Positions 25,190-35,679 of a stretch of 64,000 bases of DNA are shown one piece after another. The notes under the pieces were generated by a model, which saw nothing but the letters and a program-made list of their open reading frames with translations, searched no databases and was not told the DNA's origin. The translations under genes and the position numbers were made by a program. Source of the DNA: Cladosporium halotolerans (Eukaryota); the NCBI RefSeq assembly GCF_011745625.1, contig NW_027191462.1:496001-560000 (forward strand). Direction: 5' to 3'. Numbering within the stretch: position 1 is the stretch's first letter; every line of letters starts with the position of its first letter.

Positions 25190-26071
25190 TCACAATCTCC
25201 CTTCCTTCCCACCTGCAGCCAACATCCACTTTCCACCTTCCTGCCTGACTTTGCCCTCTCCTTCCAACTTCTTCAGCACAAGCTTCAAGCCCCGTTCCGC
25301 AGGCCCATGCAAACCCTCCGGATACTTGGCGTAAATCACCTTCACCATCTCCATACTACCCCAGCCACCATCCTTCTCCCTCCCCAGCACCTCCAGAGCT
25401 TCCCTCTCCCTCGCCATGCGATGCTCAATATACTCCCTGACCTTAGCCTTCCCATCCTCCACAGCCTCCCCATGCGCACAGTACAACCTCCCTTTCACCA
25501 GCCCCTCCATCCTCGCCAACGAATCCATATACGCCGCCAAATCCTCAAACACCGCCGTCCCGTGCCCCAGCACATTATCCCCCGCGAACACCGTCCCGTC
25601 CTCCCCCCCGCCCTCCACCACAAAAACACAATGGTCGTCCGCGTGCCCAGGCGTATACACCGCCCGCACCTTCATCCCCTCGACTTCAAACACCTCACCA
25701 TCCCGAAATCCCCCCCACCCAGCCCCTTCCTCTCGCCCAGACGGACTCACGTGCTTCCTCACCTCCACTTCCACCCCTTCCTTCCCCATCAGCTCCTGCA
25801 CCTGCCCGACTCCCCCGACATGGTCCCCGTGCCAATGCGTCAGCAGCACCGTCCGCACGCTCGCCTTTTGCTCCGCGAGCACGGAGCGCAGACTTTCCGC
25901 CCACTCGGGCTTGCCCTCGCCGGTGTCGATTAGCAGGCGCTGGGCGCCGGTGCCGAGCAGGTAGGTGTTTGTGCCTTGCAGGGTGAATTTGGAGGGGTTG
26001 GCGCCGAGGATGCGGGTTGTTGATGGGGAGAGGTGGGTTATCGGGGGGAGGGAGGGGAGGGGGGAGGTCAT
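25190..26071 (-). CDS. Metallo-beta-lactamase-fold hydrolase, LACTB2-like (293 aa)
   Basis: Likely start MTSPLPSLPP at 26071. Motifs ILGANPSKFTLQGTNTYLLG, LIDTGEG, THWHGDHVGG (HxHxDH), TPGHADDH, FAGDNVLGHGT; C-terminal winged-helix-like segment. Confidence 0.9.
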   Translation of the reverse strand: MTSPLPSLPPITHLSPSTTRILGANPSKFTLQGTNTYLLGTGAQRLLIDTGEGKPEWAESLRSVLAEQKASVRTVLLTHWHGDHVGGVGQVQELMGKEGVEVEVRKHVSPSGREEGAGWGGFRDGEVFEVEGMKVRAVYTPGHADDHCVFVVEGGGEDGTVFAGDNVLGHGTAVFEDLAAYMDSLARMEGLVKGRLYCAHGEAVEDGKAKVREYIEHRMAREREALEVLGREKDGGWGSMEMVKVIYAKYPEGLHGPAERGLKLVLKKLEGEGKVRQEGGKWMLAAGGKEGRL

Positions 26072-26718
26072 TTTGGAGGAGTGGCGGGTGAGTGGGATTC
26101 GTTTTGTTTTTGCTCGAAGATTGGGTTTGGGCGCGTGGGTTGTGGCGAAGGGCAGGCGCATGTAGATGCACGGATGTCGGTGTGTTTCCTCCGACAATGC
26201 TGCGGAGAGTCTCGTCGCCTGAGTGTGCTCTGTGATATCCGGAACGAGCAGCCTAGGTTAGATGGCAGTCTGCGCCTCATCAGTCAGCGGGCTTTCTTGA
26301 GTGGGCTGGCCACGGTATCGAAGGGCCTACAATGCTCGTGGAGATTCGATGGAATTGAACGACTTGACTCGTCCCTACCGTAGAACCAGTCTAGCATCTA
26401 AATATCAATTCACTATCGTGAGTCTGATGTCTGATATCCCAGGTAGGTAAAGCTCACGAATGACGTGCCTGGTGGAACCGAAATGCCGAGGTCCACCAGA
26501 GCTTTACTGTACTGTACAATTCTGCGGGCTCTTTGCAGCCCTGACATCCGGACCTCACTCCTTTCAACATCGATAAGCACAGAGTCACGTGTGCCCTCAG
26601 TCTCAAGCACTGGTAACAAGACACAGTTCAATATCTTCGTGTTCACACCTCCCTCTCTCATCGAATCTGTCACTTTACTTTGCTCTACTCAACGCACAAC
26701 CCACTCCATTCCCTATTC

Positions 26719-26745
26719 TTTCCATTTCCATTTCCATTTCCATTT
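26719..26745. repeat. (TTTCCA)4 microsatellite
   Basis: Read directly: tttccatttccatttccatttccattt. Confidence 0.8.
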
Positions 26746-27068
26746 GCTTTGTCTTGCTTTCTTCCGTGGACCTTCAGCGCCTTGCTAATAAACAACCCAA
26801 CCCCAGAAAGCAAAAAGCAAAAAGCAAAAAAAGCAAGCGAGCAGAGAGTTCTCTCCCAGCACCCAGTAGTCCCGCCATTCCATTCCATTCAGTAGAAACG
26901 CCTCGCTGCGCAACCCCCCAATCCGAATACTCGCGAACTGCCGCCCAGAACAAAAGCCAAAGCCGCGCAAATAAAAAGCAACAAACCGACAAGCACAAGA
27001 AAACGCAAGCAAGACCTTCGTCGATCGCCCCACCCCACCCCATCACGCATCACAAACTCTCACCAAAC

Positions 27069-29642
27069 TCACTTGTACGTCCCCAACCGCGCCAAGATCT
27101 CCTGCATGTTCACCTGCCCCTGCCCCTGGCCCTGGCCCTGGCCCTGCTGCTGCTGCCCTTGCTGAGGCGCGCCTCCGTTCGCCGCCGCTGGCACGGCCGC
27201 CGCAGTCCGCTGCTGCTGCTGCGGCGACTGGGCTTGCTGCTGCTGCTGCTGCAGGTAGCCCGCCAGCGCGCTCGGGTTGTGCTGCAGCGCGGTGATGGCG
27301 GCTTGCTGGTGGGGCGCGAAAGCGGTCTGCGGAGGCGGGTAGCCGGGCGCCGCGGGCTGCATGGCGGACAGCAGGTTCTGCAGGCCCTTGGGGTCGAGGG
27401 AGGTGATGAGCTGTTGGAGGCTGGGGGGCACGGGCGGGGCGCTGGAGGTGGGAGTGTGGGTTGGCGGTGCGCCGTAGCCGGGTGGGAAGCCGGGTGGGTG
27501 CGAGGGGGGCAGGCCGTAGGCGGGCTGGGGCGTGAAGGCGTAGGGTTGCTGGGGCGGCTGGTGGCCCCACATGCTTTGCTTTTTGCGGGAGACGAGCTCG
27601 ACGCAGATCTGGAGGTCTTGGTTGTCGTAGTCGTCGAATTTGATGTTGTTGGCGCCCGCGCCGGTGCGGTCGAAGAGGCGCAGGTTGATGAGCCCGGTGT
27701 CTTGGTTGGCGCGGCTGAGGCGGCAGACGGCGAGAACGCCTTCGACGAGCTGGCGGCGGACGACCGCGTCGAAGTCAAGGCGGGCGCTGAGGTAGAGGAC
27801 GTCGACGGTGAGGCCGCGGGCTTGGAAGGCCTTTTCGATCCAGTTGATGAAGTCTCTGTTGAGATTCTCGGTCGAGATGATTTGAACGTCGGGAACATTC
27901 TGAGGCGCGCGTCTCGGCAGCGGCAAGCCGTCGTCAGAATCGGTCGGGCTGGGTCCACGACTGAACCTGCCTCCACGGCCGCCGTATGGGGGAGAACGAT
28001 CGCGATAGCGGTCGTCGCGGTACCTGTCCCCACGAGGCGACGGCGAACGGTAAGGCCTGTACGCATCTCTCTCCCGGTCTCGTCCATCTCTTCCGTCTCT
28101 TCCGTCTCTCCCATCTCTTCCACCATAGCCCATGCGGCTACCTGGATAGCGATCTCCTCCTCTACCGTAATCAGGCGAGCGAGAGCGGCGACGCGTGTTG
28201 ACAGGGCTCTGATTTTGCCGTGAATCCTGTTGCGAGTTGCGATTGCGCTGAGGCTTGCTGACTTCCAAGTGAATCTTCTTTCCACGAATCTGCCTTCCCT
28301 CTTCACGTGAAAGCGCAGTCGCACAATCTTGCGGGCGCAGAAACTGGACAAAGCCGTACGCCTGCTTGATGGAGATCTGCGCCAGGTCGCCGTAGCGGTG
28401 GAATGCATGGAAGATGTCGCGCTTGGTCACTCTCTCCGAGCTCAGGTTGCCAACAAAGAGTCTTGACCCATACGGGAACTGCTCCCAGCGCCCTTCACTC
28501 ACGTACTTGCGCTCGTCCTCAATGAACTTGTCATACTTGCGCTGCGTCTCCGCGGTCCAGGGTTGGTCGTCTTCGGACAAGTTAAGCCCTGCAGCGATCT
28601 TGTATTCCCGGCGGCTCTCAAGAGGTGTGGTGCCCTGCATTCGGTTCACGTTCGCTCCGTAGATTGCCTGCTGCTCTTGCGTGATTGTGGGCGACGAGTT
28701 GTTATAGGTGGGATTTGCACCGGCGGATGCAGCCTCGGTCGAGACCTGTACGGCAGGTACGTAGGCTTGGGCAGCTGGGTCTGCGGTGGCAGCAGCTTGG
28801 CTACCGCGGGCGTTGTTGTTCTGGTAGGCAGGGTTTGCGGCATGAGGGTGGTAATCGCGGATGTGTTGCGAATGGGAGTAGTTCGCATTGATCAACGGCT
28901 GCTCCTGTGGAGGTGGACGGGGAGGGAGTCCGGAAGGTGGAGCGCCGAGACCGGCGGCAGACACAGGTGACGAGTCGATACCAGGCGCACGTGGCTGGTG
29001 TGTTTGTGAAGGTGACAGGCTAGCGGCTACATTCACGCTCTCGCCAGACGGGGTGGGATTGGGCTGCGCCGAGCTGGTCTGAAGGGATTGCAAGAGCGCG
29101 GAGACATCAACTGGCTGCGCGCCGGAGGGCTGGTTGTCGCCGCCTTCGCTTGTGGGAATGGGGATGCCTGCGTGGTGGGATGCAGATTCTGTAGCAGAAG
29201 GGTTGGGCTCATATGAGGCCGCGGGCTGGGCAACATGTTCGTCAGACACGCCCTGAGGGCCATCGAGACTGGGATGCAAGGATGGCATGGCTGGAGCGGC
29301 GTCACTTGAACTTGCCTGGTATTCAGTCTGCCCTCCCGTCGCATGAGGCGCAGCTGCGGTGTTTGCGGCATCCTGGCCGGCAGGCGCCTGGGTCGCGCTC
29401 TCACCGTTGCGCGCGTCGGCCGCTGCATTGGGCTCTTGCCAGGCGCCGGGGCGGAGCTCGGTGTTGTGCATGGCCGGGTCGGCCATGTGGGTTTCGGTCT
29501 GGTTGAAGCCGACGTCCATCATCTTGTCAAGCACTGGGATGTTGGTGGGCGTTGGGAAGTGGAGGGGTTTGGGCGAGGCGGGCGAGAGCAGGGCAGGCTC
29601 GCTACGCAGATGCGGTTCGTCGGGCGAGTGTCCAGATGTCAT
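27069..29642 (-). CDS. NAB3: Nab3-like RRM RNA-binding protein with NCOA5-like domain and Q-rich C-terminus (857 aa)
   Basis: Intronless ORF. RRM SRLFVGNLSSERVTKRDIFHAFHRYGDLAQISIKQAYGFVQF, RD/RS-rich linker, VPDVQII domain, poly-Q tail ending QEILARL. Confidence 0.85.
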   Translation of the reverse strand: MTSGHSPDEPHLRSEPALLSPASPKPLHFPTPTNIPVLDKMMDVGFNQTETHMADPAMHNTELRPGAWQEPNAAADARNGESATQAPAGQDAANTAAAPHATGGQTEYQASSSDAAPAMPSLHPSLDGPQGVSDEHVAQPAASYEPNPSATESASHHAGIPIPTSEGGDNQPSGAQPVDVSALLQSLQTSSAQPNPTPSGESVNVAASLSPSQTHQPRAPGIDSSPVSAAGLGAPPSGLPPRPPPQEQPLINANYSHSQHIRDYHPHAANPAYQNNNARGSQAAATADPAAQAYVPAVQVSTEAASAGANPTYNNSSPTITQEQQAIYGANVNRMQGTTPLESRREYKIAAGLNLSEDDQPWTAETQRKYDKFIEDERKYVSEGRWEQFPYGSRLFVGNLSSERVTKRDIFHAFHRYGDLAQISIKQAYGFVQFLRPQDCATALSREEGRQIRGKKIHLEVSKPQRNRNSQQDSRQNQSPVNTRRRSRSPDYGRGGDRYPGSRMGYGGRDGRDGRDGRDGRDRERDAYRPYRSPSPRGDRYRDDRYRDRSPPYGGRGGRFSRGPSPTDSDDGLPLPRRAPQNVPDVQIISTENLNRDFINWIEKAFQARGLTVDVLYLSARLDFDAVVRRQLVEGVLAVCRLSRANQDTGLINLRLFDRTGAGANNIKFDDYDNQDLQICVELVSRKKQSMWGHQPPQQPYAFTPQPAYGLPPSHPPGFPPGYGAPPTHTPTSSAPPVPPSLQQLITSLDPKGLQNLLSAMQPAAPGYPPPQTAFAPHQQAAITALQHNPSALAGYLQQQQQQAQSPQQQQRTAAAVPAAANGGAPQQGQQQQGQGQGQGQGQVNMQEILARLGTYK

Positions 29643-29961
29643 GTGAATCAGGCAGAGCGCAATGGCGCGGCAAGGGAGGAACGAGGGCGAGGACGAGGGC
29701 GCGGGCGTGGGATGGCCGGAGGAGAAGCGATCATGCTCTGACGCGTGGTGGGCTGGTGGGTGAGGGTGCGCGCTCTTCGCCTCGAGCGCAACGGGATCAA
29801 GTGCGATCCTTGTATATGGGGTGGTATGTAGGGTGCGGTGGACAGGCAGGCCTTGTCGTCCACGCGCGCTATAACTACGCCCTCTCTGGCACGCCGGGCG
29901 GGAGGCGATGCCGCTCTTTTGCTACGCGGGTGCGGTGCGATGCGACGATTGCGCGGGAGGC

Positions 29962-29996
29962 GTGCGGTGCGGTGCGGTGCGGTGCGGTACGGTGCA
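29962..29996. repeat. (GTGCG)n pentanucleotide repeat upstream of NAB3
   Basis: gtgcggtgcggtgcggtgcggtgcggtacggtgca, about 7 units with 2 imperfect. Confidence 0.8.
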
Positions 29997-30887
29997 GTGT
30001 TGTGGGCAAACAGTCTGCTTGGTGTTGCAGGTTGGAGGCCGGCAGAGGCTGACGCGGGGCGTTCGCGATGACGGGTCGCGGCTGGCGGAGGGTGCGGCGT
30101 CGGCGGGCTGGGGCGCGCAGTCACGAGAGGAGGAGGGCAGGGCAGGACGGGGAGTTGCGGATGCGGTATACAGACGGGGTGATGGAGGAGGTGCAGGTGG
30201 TGTCGGCGTCGGCCAGGAGTGCAGAATCTGCTGTGGTGGCAGCGGTGCACGGGTCGAGCTCGCGGCCTCGTGCTTGCGTGCGGCATTCTCACGCAATCGT
30301 GCGCGAAGCGGCCCACTCGAGTGGGCACGTGCAAGGGAGGTGCCGGCGCCAGCAGGACACCCGGCGGCCGACGAGCCGGGCCAGATCCTCACTTTTACTT
30401 ACCTAAGGCGCTGGCGGCGTCCATGCGCTCAGATCCTCCTGCAATCCTCCGGCACATCCGTCCATCAGTGCCCCAAACCACGTGCCCCGGTGGCTGGCAA
30501 GTGAGTATGTGCACCTGTCTATGTGCGAAGCGAGCATACACCGCTCGCTCCGAAGACGGCCGTGTCGATATACAGTAGCAAAATGCCTCGCAACACGTAC
30601 AACCAGGACTCCACTTCACGCTTCTAGAAGCCGCCATCCTTGTCGTGTGGGCGTGTGCAGGATGCCAGGATACAGAGCACCTACCAACTCGCCTTAAGCT
30701 AGCAAGCACCCTGATGGGCTGGCCACGGATGTACACAAGAATATTGTTAAATCGCCATGAGAAAAGGTAGAGACGCCGCGGCATTTGTGTCGGGTAAGGG
30801 CATGAACATTGCGCTCTGTCATGCTTGTGCCGTGAACTTAACTCTTTAGCAAGAAAAAAAAAGAATCCAGTGCTTATACAGCTACTC

Positions 30888-33779
30888 CTAATACCTCTCC
30901 ATCAACCAAACCCGCCTCTCCCCCTCCTCCATCCCACCCAACATCTCCTGCTCCGCCTTCTTCATCGCAACATAATGCCCCACAACCTCCCCCCCAAACG
31001 CCTCCCTCAACCCCTCATCCCCCTCCAGCGCCTCCAACGCCTCCCCCAAACTCCCCGGCAACCTCTCCCCAATCCCCAACCCCTCCCTCTCCCCCTCCGT
31101 CAGCCCCGACGGATTCACCAAACACTCCCGCACCCCTATCTCCCTCCCCTCCCTCAACCCCCCCAGCCCAGCCCTCAACACCGCCGCGATCGCCAAGTAC
31201 GCATTCCCCGTCCCATCCAAGCACCGCACTTCCCACCGCGCCGCCTCGCCCCCCACCCACCGCAAAGGCACCTCCCGATTCTGCGTCCCCCACGCCACCC
31301 ACCGCCCGCACGTCCACGCGTCGTCCGCCACCCGCGCGTAGCTCGCGCCCTGCGGCATCGTGAACGCGCACAAGCCGCGCAGGCGCGCCAGGACGCCGGC
31401 GAAGAAGCGCGACTGCTGCGCTTCGAGCTCGAGCTCGTGGGTTTGATCAATATTGCCGGCGCCGCTCGGGCGCCGGAACGACAGGTTCGCGTGGCAGGCT
31501 GTGCCGGCGCCGGGGAAGGGCTGAGGGTGCACGGTCGCGCGCAGGCGGTGCGTTGCGGCGATCTGCTGGATTGCCTGCCGGGTTTGGACGAGGGTGTCGA
31601 TTGCGCGGACGGGAGGGAGGGGCGGCAGGACGAATTCGTACTGCCCCGGCCCGGACTCGGAGTGCAGGTGGGTTATGGGGAGGTTGGCGGCGGCGAGGGC
31701 TTGGGTTATGCTGAGGAGGAGCGGGAGGGAGGTCGTGTATTGGGTGTCCGAGAGGGTGCTCCAGGCGTGGTTTGTGTCGAGGGGGGAGAAGGGGTCGGTG
31801 GAGGAGGAGGAGGAAGGAGGGTTGCGCTGGCAGAAGGTGATTTCGATCTCGAAGCCGAGGAGGAGGTCGAGGGAGTGCTCGGAGCGGAGTATGGTGACGG
31901 TTTCTGCGAGGAGGCTTCGGGGGCAGAGGTCGAGCGGTCGGCCGGTTTCGTCCTCGAAGCTTGCCATGATGGTCGCTGCTGGGCCGGGGAGGTTTCCTTG
32001 ATACATGGGTCGGAGGCTGTCGAGGTCGGGATGGACGTATATCTGTCCAACGGGGTTACAGACTGGCGTGAAACTGTCGTTCTGCAGAGTGCCCAAATTG
32101 CCTCGTGAGATCCCGAAGCTCAACTGGTCAGGTTGGAGATTTTTGTGGACTGGTATGCATCTGTTCCGGACCATGCCCATCCAGTCGAGCCATTGGACGA
32201 AGATGAAAGAGAAATCATGTATTGGTGCGGTCACCTTTGCGGCTGTCTGGATTTGCTGCGAGGGCATCGGTGTCTGGATTTCGTGAAGTTCCCGTCAGTA
32301 GATGCTCCATGCCTGATGTAGAACCGTCGCGCATGCAGCTAAACTTAAGGTGCCAATGAGTGCCCAACTTTTGCCAAATATTTGCGTGTCGCGTGCGCTT
32401 CTGTGCTAGTTTCGAAGCCTTATTATCAAGCAACTGCCAAAGCATGGAAACCACATGAGAGCGATGCATCAGCAAGGGTCACTCACATTTGCCGTCCCTC
32501 CGACTGCCACATCCAACGTCCGTGGCAGCCTCAAACCAAGCTCATACAGCACATTCGAATTGTTGAACAGGATCCCCTCCACAGCCTCAATCGCCTGCTC
32601 AACGCTCAAATCCCCCTCCTCGACCAACTCCACAAACACCTTCTCAATCGCCTGTCGCCCCTGCACGTTCGCCAGCCAGTACGTCTCCGCCTGCAAATGC
32701 CCGTCCGTGCTCCACAGCACCTTCGACATCGGCGTGAGCTCCAGCGCCTGCCTCACGATCGCCTCCTGCCCGCCACGCGACACCATCGGGAACACCTCCC
32801 CGATGTCCAGATACACATTCTTATACACCGTCGCCAGGTAGCCCGCCTCCCGCGTGTAGGGATACGCCGAGTGCAGCAGCACGATCGGCACGGTCGGAAA
32901 CGCCTCGATCAGCGACTGCAGGCCGGCCGGATTGGAGTCGAGCAGCGAAATGTCGTTGTCGCCCAGCCCCGTGTGGAACTGCAGTGGTTTCGCGCGCCCG
33001 CGCTCCGAGAAGCCCGCCGCGATTAACTTGCACGCGCTGATCACCAGCGCGTCGCACATGCCGCGGCCCTCGACGCGGAAGCCTCGCGCCTCGCACGTCG
33101 GCAGGAACTCGTGCGTGAAGCTGCGAAGGCCGGCGTCGGTCACTTCGCTGTCGCGCCCGGTGCGCACGCTGAGGCCCGCGCGGTAGCAGATGACGCTTTT
33201 GAAGCCGACGACGTCGGGGTCTGAGATCGCGAGCGCGATCGCTTGCTCGAAGGCCGTGATGAACTTGACCCAGGCGAGGGAGCAGGCTTCGTCGTCCGCG
33301 ATGGAGATCCCGACGGGGAGCTTCCACTGCTGGTGCAGGGAGGCGAGGACGGCGGCCGCGACGGCTTCGATGCGCACGATGCGCTTGCAGGGCGAGAGCG
33401 TGAATTTGCTGTGCCATTGGTAGGGTTCGAAGGCGTCGGGGCTGCCTAGCCCGTCGTCGATGAGGATCGTTTGCATGCCTTCGAGGCATTTTCGGGTCAG
33501 GCCGTCGGCGTCTTCGTAGAGGAGGCGGTTGCGCTCTTTGAGGATGGTTTCCCAATCGGCGGCCGGGGGAAGGTCGTAAAGGGTACGGAGTTGCTTCGCG
33601 GCGCGAATGTGAGCTAGAGACTTTGGAGTGTCTTCCAAAGCCTCTCCGGTAGCCTCTGTCGTGATTGTCAGGAAGTCGGTCGAGCGCAGCCCGTGTGGGC
33701 GGAGCAGGTTATGTGCATGGTTGTCAATGACCGGGCAGGTCCTGACGACGGTGCGCAAGTCATCAATGGAGTGTTCCAT
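30888..33779 (-). CDS. fluG: FluG: N-terminal amidohydrolase plus C-terminal glutamine-synthetase-like gamma-glutamyl ligase (about 892 aa if spliced)
   Basis: Exon1 33779-32487 (IDNHAH, LQFHTGLGD, LLHSAYPYTREAGYLA, WSTDGH). Predicted phase-0 intron 32486-32274 (GTGAGT...TACTGAC...TCCAG). Exon2 32273-30888 (GFEIE, HSESGPGQYEF, NREVPLR, WEVRCLDG). The splice joins track ORFs 32469-33779 and 30888-32267 in frame. Confidence 0.85.
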
Positions 33780-34449
33780 CTTGCTGAGTATCTTCCATGG
33801 CTAAAGATTTCCACTTGAACGTTAGGATCTGGAGTGAGGTGAAGCTGCCGGTGGAGGTGCAGTTGTTGTCGTCGCGTGAGATCGTCTGGTCTCCGCTATG
33901 CATGATGACATCGCATGCTGACCGACACAACCAATGGCACTTCTCTGATGGTGTATTCCTCCGTCCATCGTTTCACACCGCAATTGGAAAGACCTATTGC
34001 ACGTAGAGTACAGTATGTTAGAAATCGTTCGGCAGTCTGCACATTTGAGACAGCAGACACCACAATACGCAGCCGGTCAAGCGTTGATGTTCACTCAGAC
34101 GAACAGTCATATCTCAAGTGACAGCAAGACATTCAAGCGTGTCAAAGCTCAGCAGTTTTTTAACCACGCGCTCTTGATTCGCACGGTGCTTCAAGAGATC
34201 CGTCATGGAATGCAGTCGTTTATCCTCACCTAGGTGCTGATTTCCTCTGTAATAAACTGTGGGTGGCCAGTCAAAGTGCGCTGTGTAGTCAGCAGCAATA
34301 TAACAGCACGTTTCTGTGATCAGGTAGATCAAGACAAGTGCATTCTGTTGCAGGACGGATGATCAGTCTCAGGTATGAATTCCATCGGCAAGGACTTGTT
34401 GGTCTAGATGCAAGGCACGTGACGATATCAGCGCCCAGAAGCGTGAGGC

Positions 34450-35431
34450 TTATCAGCCAATAGGAACCGCCCGAGAGAGGGTGAGATAACAGACGTCTTG
34501 AGCTGGAGCCAAACCCGTTGAGTACCACGTAAGGACAACTCAAGCCGCGCCGGGCGAGCATTTTGCATTCTGCAAGAAAGAATAAATGAAAGACGGCATG
34601 ATGCTCACGATCAACAGCTGAATCAATACCGGTCAATGGCTCGCATGCAAATGGACGTTTAGACCAACTGCCTCACTGGCTCATGGAAACATGATATCCA
34701 CCAGCAGCAAGTCGGCACCATCAAACCGCGGAGAAGCAAAAGAAACAAGCATATCAAATGCACACGCCAGAGTATCCAGCACTGCCTGCAGAACTGAAAT
34801 AGGACCGAAAGCCTGCTCCTATCGCCTGCTGGTTCCCTATCACTGCTATCAGACAGCATTGCCTTCTTGGGCTGACCCCGACCCACACCAAAGATAAGCC
34901 AGCGTCTGCGGCTTGCGCCCAACGTTTGGCAAAACGGTACCCGGGGCGGGAGTATGCTTGTCAGTCCTAGGCGTTTCGCGACCTGGGCCAATGAAGAACC
35001 GGATGTTTGATCTCCCTCTTGTACTGACAAGACTATCAAAGTTGAGTGAGGTAACTTGGCTTGCTGGTTCCGATGTGTCCCTAGTCGCCGCGCGTTGCCA
35101 AACACTGTATGACGGTCGATGAAAGAACTACAAGTCTTCAGCACCATGGGAGCACACTGCAACTAGATCTTCAATTTAATCTGGCCGGGACCTCAAGACA
35201 CAATATCTTTATCACCATCTCCAAGCCTCAGCATCATCAAACAGCTCCCATTCATCCACGGCAAACCATTCGATCGTCTCCCCGCAGTGAAACTGCACGC
35301 TTTACCCAATTGAGTGGAGCACGACAAGGGCCGTATCGCTTTCTCCAGATCCTCTTCAACGGCCGGCAGGGCTGGGCGATATCCTCCCGCGAGCTCCTTG
35401 CCGTGTGGTCCGACCTGGAGACCCCTCGGAG
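34450..35431. promoter_or_regulatory. Nitrate-responsive promoter: two NirA-consensus sites (CTCCGHGG) and about 8 HGATAR sites
   Basis: CCGCGGAG 34726-34733 and CCTCGGAG 35424-35431 are reverse complements of CTCCGCGG and CTCCGAGG. HGATAR on either strand at 34450, 34484, 34819, 34837, 34846, 34892, 35033, 35209. Confidence 0.65.
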
Positions 35432-35679
35432 TTGCTTCTTACTGCGCAGCCGCATAGGCATAGCGACAGATCGCTGTGACCGGAGAAGCAACTTTCAATG
35501 CGATCGACGTCAATCGCAAGTGTAGCAGATATTAATGACAGAGCATCCCAGTGCTTCTAGTCGAGAACTCTCCGGTTAAGCACTCTGATATTATCCCCTT
35601 CTACGGCTCAGTCTCGTACCCAAGCATTCTTCGATTGAGCCACACTATTTCGTTATACACTAGGAAGCCACAAGCCAAG

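Noticed and set aside
30395..30405. Perfect AG|GTAAGT donor on the minus strand 760 bp upstream of NAB3
   Set aside because: No convincing branch point and acceptor pairing found, so a 5'-UTR intron cannot be supported.
32434..32486. Stwintron or extra internal exon within the fluG intron
   Set aside because: No donor in a compatible phase to rejoin the GS frame, and no split-donor arrangement reconstructs a consensus site.
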